From contig CM059425.1 of NCBI GenBank assembly GCA_030390025.1, positions 162,132,001-162,196,000 on the forward strand: DNA of 64,000 bases. The letters are read 5' to 3'. Shown here piece by piece: positions 48,751-61,600 of this stretch. Under the pieces are notes generated by a model. It saw only the letters and a program-made list of their open reading frames with translations, had not been told where the DNA came from and made no database searches. Each line of letters starts with the position of its first letter. Position 1 is the stretch's first letter. The position numbers and the translations under genes were made by a program. The stretch comes from Squalus acanthias. Its lineage: Eukaryota.

Positions 48751-49027
48751 CCTCAGCTCCGATCACATTTATATTTTATTTTATCCACCCTTTTATTTGT
48801 CCCCCCCCACCTTTTTTTTCCTCCTAGAAGCTGGCAGCTGTCCTTCATTCTGCCAGTGGATTTCACACTTCATTCAGCCTTAATCTGTCACATTTACACC
48901 ACCTCTAGCCTTGCATATCTCTTAATGTCTCTTAATGTCTCTTCATCTTCCCCTTTGTTCCTTTATCCCCTCCCCCTTTTCCCAGCTTTACCCTGGCCTT
49001 AAATCTATTTGATTTCCGGCTCTTCCC

Positions 49028-49064
49028 AGTTCAGATGAAAGGTCATCGACCTGAAACGTTAACT
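49028..49064 (+). ncRNA. Minimal hammerhead ribozyme motif with U4->A core change
   Basis: AGTT-CAGATGA-A-AGGTC-ATC-GACCT-GAAA-CGTT-AACT. Confidence 0.7.
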
Positions 49065-50372
49065 CTCTTTCTCTCTCCACGGATGCTGCCTGGCCTGCTG
49101 AGTTTTTCCAGCGTTTTCTGTTGTTATAACAGTTAAGGTTGATGGCCTTTCATCAGACTACAAGATGTTAGACATGAACAGCTTTTAAGTAAATACAGAG
49201 CCAGGGAAAAGAGGGCAGGAAAAGAACAAACGGTCTGTGATAGGGTGGAGGGCATGAGTGATTAATTGACAAAAGTGATGATAGTGCAAGGCAAAAGGAG
49301 GTGATAATGAGAAAAGTATAGAAACAAAAGATAGGTCCAGAGGAGGTGTAAACGATTACAGCAGAATAGCAGCAGGGGGGGGGGGGGGGGGGGGGGAGGC
49401 ATACAAAATCTGGCAAAGGCTACTGTGGCCTGGGAATGTAGTAGAAAAAAAAGGCAGGTAGATCCCAGGGCCCGGGGTGAAGACCAGTCTGCTGGGGAAC
49501 TCCACTCCAAGCACCAACTCACACCTCCTCCACTCCCAGTGGCTCTGGTTCAGTCATCCTCCATTATCAACACCTGCTATCCAAGAGAAAATGGAAGTAG
49601 TAGTTAAGGTCTAAAGTTGTTGAACTCATTAAGGCCAGTGTGGAGTGCCTAGGAGAAAGATGAGGTACTGTTCCTCAAGCTAGGTTTGAGCTTCACTGGA
49701 ACAGTGTAGGAGGCCAAGGACAGAGAGGTCAGAGTGAAGGTGGGATGGAAAATTGAAGTGACAAGGAAATGGAAGCTCAGTTCCACGCTTGCAGACTGAA
49801 CAGAAGTGTTCAGCAAAGGGATCACATAATCTGCATTTGGTCTCCCCAATGTAGAGGAGACCACATCGTAAGCAGCGAATACCGTATACTAAAGTCAAAA
49901 GAAATACAAGTAAATTGCTGTTTCACCTGGAAGGAGTGCTTGGGGTACTGGACGGTGGGAACAGAGGAGGTGAAATGGCAGGTATTGCATCTACTGTGCT
50001 TGCATGGGAAGGTGCCGAGGTAAGGGGAGCAAGTGTTGAGGGTGATGGAAAATCGGACAAGAATGTAAGAGGTAACGGTCCCTTCAGAATGCTAAAAGGA
50101 GGGGAAGGGAAAATGTGTTTGATGGCGACATCGCGCTGGAGGTGACGAAAGATGATCCGTTTAATAAGGATTTTGGTGGGGTAGGAGGTGTGGACAAGGG
50201 GAACCTATCTTGGTTCTGGCAGGCAGGAGAAGAGGTGAGGGCAGAAGTGTGAGAAACGGGATGGCCATGGTTGAGGGCCCCGTTAACCACGGTGAAGGGT
50301 AATCCTCGGCTAAGCAAAAAGACATTTCGGATGCTTTAGTGTGAAAGGTGGCATAATCAGAACAGAGACGGA

Positions 50373-52512
50373 GGCCGCGATTTTACTTACCTCGGCGGGT
50401 CAATGGTTGGCGATGTCGGTGGCAGGTCGCGGCCCCACTGCTGGCTCCATCCCGCTGTGTAAAATGACTTTCCGTTGATAGGGCTTGTTAAGCCCGCCCC
50501 TGCCCAGTGCATTACCCGGCCCAATTAGAGGAAGCGGGTCTGGTGACATCATTTGATGATGCATCATCAGCCGGTTTCCTTAAAGGGACCATGGCCACAT
50601 TTGTCTTGACATTTGCGCTGGCAGCGTTCTACAGCATTGAGGTGCTGCAAACACGGAAAATGACTGCACAAATGCACAGGGTTGCAACCAGGCTCTCCCA
50701 TGGCTCCCTCCATATGCTTATGGAGGGAGTCACAGCACGCAGGGAAGTCCTCTTTCCCTTCCCATGGGTGGAAGAGACCTCCCCAGGAGATCAAAACAGC
50801 ATGGTTGCACATTGCAGAGGAGGGCACAAGCAGGGATGTCATCAGGAGGACCTGGGTGCGGTGCCGCAAATGTTTCAATGATCTCAGTAAATCACGAAAC
50901 GTTAGTACAAAGCCACACGGTGGCATAGTGGTTAGCGCTGGTGCCTCACAGCGCCAGAGACCCGGGTTCGAATCTGACCTCGGGTGACTGTCTGTGTGGA
51001 GTTTGCACATTCTCCCCGTGTCTGCGTGGGTTTCCTCCGGGTGCTCCGGTTTCCTCCCACAGTCCAAAAATGTGTGGGTTAGGTTGATTTGGCTATGATA
51101 AATTGACCCTTAGTGTTAGGGGGGATTGGTTATGGGGATAGGATGGGATATGTTAGGGGGAATTAAATACGTGGGGTTACGGGGGTAGGGTGGGATATGT
51201 GTACTGTGGGGATTAAAGCAGGGACAGGGTACTGGATTTGGATGATCAGCCATGATCGTATTGAATGGCGGAGCAGGCTCGACGGGCCGAATGGCCTACT
51301 CCTGCTCCTAGATTCTATGTTTCTATGTTTCACTCAACCTCATCCTGCTGTGCCTCTAATCACTTCCCCATCACTCTGCCTCCCCTACTCTACTCCTGCA
51401 CATCCTTACTCACACCAACTTACCTTGCACCTCCACCCATCCCTCTCTATCTATATGATCAGATCCCCATCTCACTAGCCACCCCTCACACTCAACTAAC
51501 AACACACAAGGGTAGCCACTTGGGTTTTTTATGCAATGTTCATATAAAGTTTCTGTTAATGTGCTGTCAAACATTGAAACCTTTATTTTCAACACTTTGC
51601 GTTCTTGGACAGATTTGTGTGCACCTTTGGAAGTGGCTTAGTGGGTTGCAGTGAATGGTGAGACATAACTGTGTCCCCCGCAATGGTGGTGAGTGTGAAA
51701 GGAATGGCTTGGACATTGTAGGGATGCTTTATGGTGTTGGTGTAGGGTGGTGCCAACCTGACGCATCATGTGGCAGCCAGGGTGTACAGTGTCAAGTAAA
51801 GTAAATCTGGCCATGGTGAGGCCATCCCTGGCTTCCCGGGCAGCAATGTAGTCAGGTGCTGAGGCCCTCTGTCCTGTGCAGCATCATTTGATTGCAGAGA
51901 AGGTTGGTGTTGTTGTTGGTGCTGCTGGTGTTGGGGCTGATCGTATGGGATTCTGAGGCCAAGGTGAGAGAGTATAAAGGGCACCCATGTTGATGGAATA
52001 GATGGCAGGTGAAGTAGAGATGACAGAAGCATTCTGTCAACGGGGAGAGAGTTCTTCCACTGAGGTGAGAGTGGAAAGTGGAAAGCCTGCAGAACGTGTA
52101 CTGGAAATGGAGTGAGAAAAAACTTCTGCCTGAGGAAAGTGAATATCAGTCAGGTGGGAGCTTTTACTGTACATTTGAAGCTGTCAAGTAATCAGCTGGA
52201 GCAATGGTCACTGAACTCACGCCTCAGTTTGACAGTCATGGTCTGCATACAGCGGGGCTCCCGTGGTCATGAAGTTAAAGACAAAGGGTAAGTGAAAAAA
52301 GGCTGGTGAGCACCTGGCAACTAGATGCAAATCATTTTAATTAGGTTCCCCGCCGCTGACAGTCAGGTCTGCTCAGCGTTAACAGATCAGACATTGGAAA
52401 AGGCGCGTGGGTGCGATTTGACAACGGGATCCCGACCCGCTGTCAATTACTTCAACTTTAACACCTGACCCGCCACTGATCCCGCCCGCTGAGCACCGGC
52501 AAAATTCCGGCC
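50373..52512. mobile_element. Harbinger derivative with Myb/SANT remnant
   Basis: TIRs ggccgcgatttt / aaaattccggcc, 3-bp TSD GGA, ORF KTAWLHIAEEGTSRDVIRRTWVRCRKCFNDL. Confidence 0.85.
50912..51330 (+). mobile_element. tRNA-derived V-SINE (HE1-like) with CR1-derived tail
   Basis: A box TGGCATAGTGG, B box GGTTCGAATC, V-domain ggagtttgcacattctccccgtgtctgcgtgggtttcctccggg. 3' tail matches the CR1 3' UTR at ~35853-35920. Confidence 0.88.
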
Positions 52513-52564
52513 GGAGAAACTGGGAGAATGCAATAGAGTCTCTACAGGAAGTGTGGTTGAAGAA

Positions 52565-53631
52565 AGGTTGAGCCTATACTTATTGGAGTTTCGAAGAATG
52601 AGAGGGGATCTCATTGAAACATATAAGAAGGGGCTTGACAGGGTAGATGCAGAGAGGATGTTGCCCCTCGTGGGGAATCTAGAACTAGGGGGCATAATTT
52701 CAGAATAAGGGGGCACCCATTTAAAACGAAAATGAGGAGAAATTTCTTCTCTCAGAGGGTCGTGAATCTTTGGAATTCTCTTCCCCAGAGAGCTGTGGAG
52801 GCTGGGTCATTGATTGGTGCAGAAATTCCGATCCCTACGGGTGTGTACGTGCTGTCCGGGAGAAGGGTCTCTGCGGGTGGATAGTTCCGCTTTTTGGAGA
52901 CGCTCCACCCGCAGAAAACACTTACAATTCTTGCGCCTGGTAAAAGCAGGCGTAAGGCCTGCTTTTACCAGGATAAGAGTTGAAAAAAGTAAAAAAAAAA
53001 TTTCCACTGATTTATCATTTAAAAATACTTTGAAGAAAGGTAAGTTTATTTTTAGCCCCATTAAAAACTTTAATTATTTTTTTCAAAAAATAAAATTTTT
53101 GTTTAAAATGCTTAATTTATTGTAATTTAAAGTCATTTTGAAAATGTGATTTTTAAAAAAATTTATTTAAAGTTTTACTATGTTTTGGGGGTGATCTCTA
53201 TTCATATATTTGACAGGTCTTCCTGTCAAATGTATGAAGGGAGATTCCCTTCTCTGATTGGCTCCCCATGGCCCACATGATCCCAGGGACGCTGCGAACC
53301 GCCTGCGCCTCTGGGATACGTGGGCCCTGCACACCGGCAGTTTGGAGAGGCCCAGCAGCGGAACTCTGCGCCTCCCGGGAGCCCTCCGGTCTTGGCGCAG
53401 ATTTTTCCAGATCGCAGCCCTCTGCCCGCGATCGGAATATCTGGGCCAATATATTTAAGGTAGAGACAGACAGATTTTTGAATGGTAATGGAGTCAAGGG
53501 TTATGGGGAGCGGGCAGGGAAGTGGAGTTGAGGCCAAGATCAGATCAGCCATGATCTTATTGAATGGCAGAGCAGGCTCGAGGGGACAAATGACCTACTC
53601 CTGCTCCGACATCTTATGTTCTTATGTTCTT
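52565..53631 (+). mobile_element. CR1 3' fragment split by a MITE
   Basis: LEFRRMRGDLIETYK..FFSQRVVNLWNSLP, tail (ttatgttc)n. Confidence 0.85.
52814..53449. mobile_element. MITE
   Basis: 20-bp TIRs ttggtgcagaaattccgatc / gatcggaatatctgggccaa (17/20). CR1 rejoins across it. Confidence 0.8.
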
Positions 53632-56225
53632 AACCTGCAAATTTGAAGCCTAAAACACAGTAGTACAAGAGACCACGGTACCAGTAAGTATCTATACATT
53701 TCCCTTCTGAGACACAGAATTCAAAAAAGTACACTTACTGTTTACAAATATTTTTGATATTCTGAGAGGGCTCAATATTACGCATTACGCAAGTATGATG
53801 TCAATAGCTGTGGTGTAGCACTGAATTATACAGACCAGGAAGGTTACACAACGTGTGGATTTAGCCAACCGAGCCAGATGGCTATGAGGAAACTATCCTA
53901 CAATCCTTGCTGCAAGTACATAATGGATACCAAGTAAAGCCTGATTTGGGGCTTCATTGTTAAGATACCCATATTCATTATTTCATTATATGTTCATTAT
54001 TGAACATCTATCTATTATATTAGTAAACTGCCCATGGCGTTGCTCAGTCAGATGATGAATATACGTTTTTTTTTAAATATATAAGATGCAACGGAGTTAC
54101 ATGAGAGACTTCAGAAAATCGTTCCACAAAGTTATCTAATGGCCAGAACCTGCAACTAGATCATGAAAGTTGGCACAGTAAAATTGAATGGTAAATGTTG
54201 CCTCAAAAGCAAATCACAATTCATGATAACAGGAAAAGGTTCATGGACAGAAATGCATCGCTACAATAATATATTAGTTGATTACCGTTGTGCACACTGA
54301 GCCAAGACTAAGTGTAGTCTTCAGGTGAAGCAGATTTAGAGGGCAGGGAATAATTGAACCAGGGCATGCAGATGTAATTCAGACTCCATTTTAAAGTCAT
54401 ACATTCTGCCTTTACTTTTATATTCCATTATAAATTCCTATGCCCACATTTACAATAAAAACTGAAGTAAAATTGTCACACTGTAATTACACTCTCCCAC
54501 CAGTGGTGGTGCTGCTGGTTGGAGCCGATTAAATGGTAACCTGGTCCACAGGAGTGATATTGTGGAATTTATGTGGAGTGTGGTCTGTATAAATGTTATG
54601 ATTTTGAGTTGGTCCTTGTGCATTTTGCTGGTGGTGGTAGTGCTGATGATCTGACAGCATTTCTCCTCCTTTATCTGACAATTTTGGCCTCAATTTTCCG
54701 TGTTGTCTTTTAGTGTGGTACATAATGTTGAGCTATGCCTGCAGGGGAGTTTGTCAGGGAGTGTAGGAAGAGTTCTGTGAGCATTGGCACATGCTAATGT
54801 TCTGCAAGTAGAACCTAATCTGCAGATAATAGTATTAATTATGATGGGTAGGACTTGCAGCCCTCCCCACAACTATTTGGCTGAAGCACCTTAGGGACAT
54901 GTATCTTAATCTGGAACAGATTACATTAAGTTTCTGCATCCAAATCATCTTAGTCCCCATGTCAAAAAATATTAGTGTATCAATGTACTCCTCTTCTAAA
55001 CACTGTATAATCAAATCATACAAGGCTTCATAAAATATTTACCTGAAAGTAAACTCTTGAAAGTACAATTAAAAAAAGATTGCCGATGTTAAGAGTAATC
55101 TTACAATTCCATGCTGCTGGTGGGAAGCCTCATCCACCAGCAGTGTATAGCAGAAATTCGGGAATGCACTGTCCACAAGTTCCTAACCATGCCTTCATCG
55201 CGGTAGCAGTATTGACATGCAGAATCAGCCTTCTAACTGAGAGAAGTTGGCAGCCAGAGTTTGTCTTTTCCTTTTCCTGTTCTCCCTTCCTCTCCTTAGG
55301 ACATCATCTCCTCGTTTGAACGGTTTCATAAATGCTGTTCACCCTCCAGTACCTTGCCCAACTGGCAAATATTTATGTATGAGCATTGACAGTGAATGTT
55401 AGCAGGTTATTTGACCAAGGGGGCATCAAAGCTGAGCCTTATCCTGTCCTCAACTGACATCCACACACATGCACTTCGAGCAGAGGCTTCCACATAGTAA
55501 TCAGGAGCAGGAACCCTGATCAATATTCTCCTCCCTAGGCCAGGACAATAAAGCCAACTGTAACACCCCCGGCCACCATTACAGCCAAGATCTGTTCACA
55601 CAGTGCATAGGAAGTCAGGAATGCACAGGACCAGAAAAAAAATCACTATGGTCTATCTAGCTAATCTCAAAGTTCAAAAAATAGCATATTATATTATAGA
55701 CTAGTATTTCCTCCAGTCTCCCAATTTTGTGATGTTAATCCAACAGGTGGTGACTATAAATAGGGCAGGATACCTTTATGTCGGATGCTTGCCCATTTTT
55801 GTGCCTGCCATAATTGCTCCTGCTATTTCTGGCAGCTGGCAGAAGCACCTGCCTATTTTTGGGTAGGTGCATGCAAATGAGGCAATAATGACATGGTAAT
55901 GTTGTATACCCCATTTTCCATCACTTCAGCTTCATTTACACTGAATCATAGTAATGCCAACATAAACTAGTGAAAGTGACCTAAAAAGTGCTTTAAACGT
56001 GCTTGCAAAATGGGGTGTTTAGCAGTCTGGTTGAACTCTGGAAAACAGAAAGAGCTCATGCTAAGAATTGTGGATGCCCAAATGAAACAAAAGGTCTTTC
56101 ACAGAATTAGTAAACCCAAGTTGTCAAGGTCACAACTTAAAGATAGCATGTTGGGAGGCTAAAATAAATGCCACTTTAATCTGGAGTTGTTTAGTTCCTT
56201 TGGTATTGAAGACTGACAAATTATA

Positions 56226-56567
56226 GGAGTTTGCACATTCTCCCCGTGTCTGCGTGGGTTTCCTCCGGGTGCTCCGGTTTCCTCCCACAGTCCAAAAATG
56301 TGCGGGTTAGGTTGATTTGGCTATGATAAATTGACCCTTAGTGTTAGGGGGGATTAAATATGTGGGGTTATGGGGATAGGATGGGATATGTTAGGGGGAA
56401 TTAAATACGTGGGGTTACGGAGGTAGGGTGGGATATGTGTACTGTGGGGATTAAAAGCAGGGACAGGGTACTGGATTTGGATGATCAGCCATGATCGTAT
56501 TGAATGGTGGAGCAGGCTCGATGGGCCGAATGGCCTACTCCTGCTCCTAGTTTCTATGTTTCTATGT
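56226..56567 (+). mobile_element. 5'-truncated V-SINE
   Basis: Near-identical to 50998-51327. Confidence 0.88.
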
Positions 56568-57556
56568 AAACCAACCACCTGACCTGTCTGGCTTTTCTAT
56601 TGCTCCTAAAGGATCATTAATGCATTAATATGTCTGTTTAAAGTGATCGACACCTGAAGAGGTGAACTCTTGCAGTCCGTGTCATTAAGATTGGTTAATG
56701 ATTACAGAGGAAATTGCACTTATAAAGCACTTTTCACAACTTCAGGATGTCCCAAAGTGCTTCACAGCCAATGATAGATTCAGATAAGCGGCAGCTAGAT
56801 AAGTACATAAGGGAGAAAGGAATACAAGGATATGCAGATAGGGTTAGATGAAGTATGGTGGGAGGGGGCTCGAGTGGAGCATAAACACTAATGTAGATCA
56901 GTTGGGCCGAATGGCCTGTTTCTGTGCTGTAAATTCTATGTAATTCTATGTAAGTACTTTTGAAGTGTAATTAATTTGTGCACAAGGTCCCACAAACAGT
57001 AATGAGATAATGACCAGATAATCTGTTTATAGTGGTTGAGGGATAAATATTGGCCAGGACATGGGACAGGTCCCCAGCTCTTCTTCAAATAGTATAATGG
57101 GATCTTTTACATCCACAATACTTTGTATTTTTGACAGGAGGAAGCTTCTTGAAAAGACGATAGAGAAACAGAAATTACAGAAATTTTCAGATTTATAGAC
57201 TATACAAATCAGAACTAGGCATATATAAAAAAAAGTGTGTCACGTGGATGCTTGAGAAGTTTTTTTTTTCCTGAGCATAAGGTAAACAAGTTTTAACGAC
57301 GTTGGCAACATTCACCCCCAACCAAAATCACAACAGATTATCTGGTCATTTATCTCTTTGCTGTTTGTGGGACCATGTTATGTGCAAATTGGCTGCTGCG
57401 AATGCCTAAAAAACAAGTGACTACATTGCAATAGTAACTCATGGTGTGTAACGCACTTTGGGATGCTCTGAAAGGCACTATATAAATGCAAGCACTTTTT
57501 TCTCTAATTCAAATAAAGCTACCGACATACAAGGTGAATCTATCCAGGAAACAGCC

Positions 57557-57815
57557 AACAACTTGCATTCATATAGCACCTCTAACATAGCAAAACATCC
57601 CAAGGTGCTTCATAGCAGCGTTATTAAACAAAATTTCACACTGACCCACATAAGGAGATTTTAGGACGGGTTACCAAAAGCTTCATGAAAGAGGAAGGTT
57701 TTAAGGAGTGTCTTACAAAGGAGGAGACAGAGGTAGAGAGGCGGAGAAGTTTAGGGAGGGAATTCTAGAGCTAAGGGCCGAGGCAGCTGAAGGCACGTCT
57801 GTCAACACTCCAGCT
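57557..57815 (-). mobile_element. L2 3' fragment
   Basis: Reverse complement matches the L2 3' end at ~26740-26975. Confidence 0.7.
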
Positions 57816-58683
57816 AACATCCTCTCTTAAGCTTGCACAGCTGACTGCAGACTGCACGCACGTCGCTTTGTGGGTGCATGACAACTCTGAGATGTACTGC
57901 AACCAAAAGGGATTCCACTCCCTCAACATCCAACTGGTGTGTGACAACAGGCAGCGAATCATGCAGATTAATGCCCGGTATCCTGGCAGCAGTCATGATG
58001 CCTTCATTCTGCGGCAGTCCGCTGTGCAATCTGCATTTCAGCCACCACGTCAAACCAGAGGCTGGCTACTGGGCGACAAGGGCTATCCGCTGACGACATG
58101 GCTCCTGACTCCAATGCGCAAACCACAAACATGTGGACAACATGCATACAACGAAAGCCATGCTGCCACACGAAATGTGACAGAGCAGACCATTGGCGTG
58201 CTGAAACGCTTCTGCTGCCTGGACCGCTCTGAAGGAGTCCTTCGGTACTCGGCAGAGTGGGTGTCAAGATTTGTGGTGGTCTGCTGCATGCTGCATCACC
58301 TCGCCATAATTAGGGCACAGCATTTGGTACCAGCTATACGGCGAGCAGCTGAGCAGGAGGAGGAGGAAGAGGAAGCAACCTAGACAGCCCCTTTCTGGTT
58401 GGGCTGTCCGTGAAGATCTCATTCACCTGCGATACCAGTAAACGCAACCCCAATTCCACATTCACCAACAGTCCCACACCTTGCCTTCCCTCTGTTACTG
58501 ACCATCACAGCGTCCACCTGGCCACGATGCATAAATAAAAGCCAACGCAAAATGAACATTCCAAACCAAATTTATAAATCAAAGCATGCCATATTGCATA
58601 CAAACATAAACTAATCACCCTTGTGCATTTCCTCACAGCCTGTCTTCTGTCATCCTTTCCCTGCCCTAGTGCTCATAGGCAGT

Positions 58684-61600
58684 CTTCTTCTTCTTCTTAG
58701 GCAGTTCCTCGGAACCGAGGATGACTTGCTTCCACTCCAAAAATGAGTTCTCAGGTGACTGATGAGTCCAATGCGGGACCTACAGTCTCTGTCACAGGTG
58801 GGGCAGACGGTGGTTGAAGGGGCGGGTGGGTGGGGTGCTTGGGTTGATGTGCGCTCCTTCCGCTTGGCTTCCACTTGCTCCCGGTGAAGAGACTCGAGGT
58901 GTTCGGCGCCTTCCCGAATGCTTCTCCTCCACTTTCTGCGGTCTTGGGCCAGGGATTCCCAGGTGTCGGTGGGGATGTTGCACTTTTTCAAGGAGGCTTT
59001 GAGGGTGTCCTTGAAGCGTTTCCTCTGCCCACCTGGGGCTCTCTTGCCGTGTCGGAGCTCCAAGTAGAGCGCTTGATTTGGGAGTCTCGTATCGGGCATG
59101 CGGACGATGTGGCCCGTCCATCGGAGCTGATCGTGCATGGTCAAAGCTTCGATGCTGGGGATGTTGGCCTGTGCGAGAACACTGACGTTGGTGCGCCTAT
59201 CCTGCCAATCGATTTGCAGGATCTTGCAGAGGCAGCGTTGGCGGTACCTCTCCAGTGCTTTGAGGTGCCTGCTGTACATGGTCCATGTCTCTGAAGCATA
59301 CAGGAGGGCGGGTATCACTACTGCTCTGTAGACCATGAGCTTGGTGCTGGGTTTGAGGTCCTGGTCTTCAAACACTCTCTTCCTCAGGCGACCGAAGGCT
59401 GCACTGGCACACTGAAGGCGGTGTTGGATTTAGTCATCGACGTCTGCCCTTGTTGACAGTAGGCTCCCGAGGTATGGAAAGTGGTCCACGTTGTCCAAGG
59501 CCTCGTCATGGATTTTGATAATTGGGGAACAGTACTGTGTGATGGGGGCAAGTTGGTAGAGGACTTCTGTCTTACAGATGTTTAGTGTCAGGCCCATGTT
59601 CTCGTACGCTTCGGTGAAGGTGTTGACGATGGTTTGGAGTTCGACCTCAGAGTGTGCGCAGACGCAAGCATCATCTGCATACTGTAATTCGATGACAGAG
59701 GATGGGCGACCTTGGATCTGGACTGGAGGCAATGGAAGTTGAACAGATTCCCGTTTGTTCTGTAGATTAGCTCCACTCCAGCGGGGAGCTGACTGAGGGT
59801 GAGATGGAGCATTGCAGCCAGGAAGATCGAGAAGAGCGTTGGTGCGATGACACAGCCTTGCTTGACCCCGGTCCGTAAGTGAATTGGGTCTGTGGTGGAT
59901 TCGTTGGTCAGGATCACGGCTTGCATGTCATAGTGAAGCAGGCGGAGGATGGTGACAAACTTTTGAGGGCAGCAGAATTTGAGGAGGACACTCCATAATC
60001 CCTCATGGTTCATGGCGTCGAAGGCATTTATGAGGTCAAAGAAGGCCATGTACAGCAGTTCGTGCTGTTCCGTGCATTTCTCTTGTAGTTGATGCGCGGT
60101 GAAGATCATGTCCATTGTGCCCCTTAGTGGGCGGAATCCACATTGCGACTCTGGGAGGAGCTCTTCAGCCACTGGGAGAAGGCGATTGAGGATTCTTGCG
60201 ATGACTCTCCCTGTGGCAGACAGCAGGGAGACTCCTCTGTAATTACCGCAATCGGACTTGTCACCATTCTTGAAGATGGTCACGATTACGGCGTCTCTGA
60301 GATCCCCTGGCTTGCTCTCCTCCTTCCAAATAAGAGAAATGAGTTCATGTATTCGCACCAATAGTGCTTCCCTGCCATGTTTTAGCACCTTGGTGGGGAT
60401 TCCATCTGCTCCTGAGGCCTTGTTGTTGTTCAGTTGTCGGATGGCCTTTTCAACCTCATGCCAGGCTGGGGTTGTGCTGAGGTGGTGGCGGGTAGCATGC
60501 TGCGGGATGGAGTTGAGGACACTAGCGTCGAAGACAGAGTCTCGGTTAAGGAGATCTTCGAAGTGCTCCTTCCAGCGGGCACTGACTGCCTCTCTGTCCT
60601 TGATGAGTACCTCTCCGTTCTTGGCCTACAGTGGGGTAGGACCTTGGGTGCTTGGGCCGTAGGTAGTCTTGACTGCGCTAAAGAATCCACGCACGTCGTG
60701 GTTATCGGCTAGCTGCTGGATCTCCTGTGCTTTCACCACCCACCATCTGTTCTTTAGTTCGCGAGTTTTTTGTTGGACCTCGGCCTTCAGGCGTCTGTAG
60801 AGCTGCTTTCTTGCTCTCGAGTTCTGTTGCTGTTTCCAGATCAGGAATGCCTTGCGCTTGCGGCTTATTAGCTCCTGGATCTCCTGGTCGTTCTCGTCGA
60901 ACCAGTCTTGGTGTTTCTTGGTCGAGTGACCGAGCGACTCTTCACAGGTGCTGATTATGGAGGCCTTGAGTGGAGACCAGGCGCTGTGGACACTCTGTGT
61001 CTCTGAATCACTGGAGTCGTCAGGTTGGTTGTGAGGCGCAGGCTAAATAGGGCTTTCTTAGCAGGGTGTTTGAGTGCTCCAGCGTTGATTTTCCTGCGTC
61101 ATTGCTTCTGTTGCCGCTGCTGTTTTGGGGCTATGTTGATGGATATGACAGAGCGGATTAGGCGGTGGTCTGTCCAGCAGTCGTCAGCTCCTGTCATGGC
61201 GCAGGTGATGCGGACGTCCTTGCGCTCCCTCGCTCGGATGATGACGTAGTCCAGCAGATGCCAGTGCTTGGAGCGAGGGTGTTGCCATGAAGCCTTGTAG
61301 TTGTCTCTTTGACGGAACAAGATGTTGGTTATGACAAGGCCATGTTCTAAGCATTTCGTCAGGAGGAGGGTACCGTTGGAGTTGGCTTTTCCTACCCCCT
61401 CTCTGCCGATCACACCTCCCCAGAGGTCTGTGTCCTTTCCAACTCTGGCGTTAAAGTCGCCAAGGAGGATCAGCTTGTCGCCCATTGGGACTCGGGACAG
61501 GGATTGTTCAAGGCTGGAGTAGAATTCCTCTTTGGTCTCGTCAGTGGCTTCCAGTGTTGGGGCGTACGCACTGATGACCGTAGCACAATGGTTCCGGGCT

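Larger units (their letters stand above)
47327..49126 (+). mobile_element. Young 5'-truncated Penelope-like (Neptune-type) element
   Basis: Perfect 14-bp TSD taacagttaaggtt (47313-47326 / 49127-49140), uninterrupted ORF, pLTR-type 3' end. Confidence 0.93.
47264..52564 (-). mobile_element. Older Penelope element (pieces 47264-47326, 49127-50372, 52513-52564)
   Basis: Minus-strand GIY-YIG remnant LVYGIRCLRCGLLYIGET and a pLTR tail. Pieces rejoin across both TSDs. Confidence 0.8.

Noticed and set aside
50912..50985. tRNA gene
   Set aside because: A/B boxes run directly into the V-domain and LINE tail, so it is a SINE head. The same applies at ~1450-1520.
54480..55050. Possible old retroelement coding remnant on the minus strand (also 36700-37510)
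   Set aside because: No diagnostic motif recognised.
57868..58383. Host HARBI1 gene
   Set aside because: 5'-truncated, embedded in a transposon remnant, with related degenerate copies in the same window.
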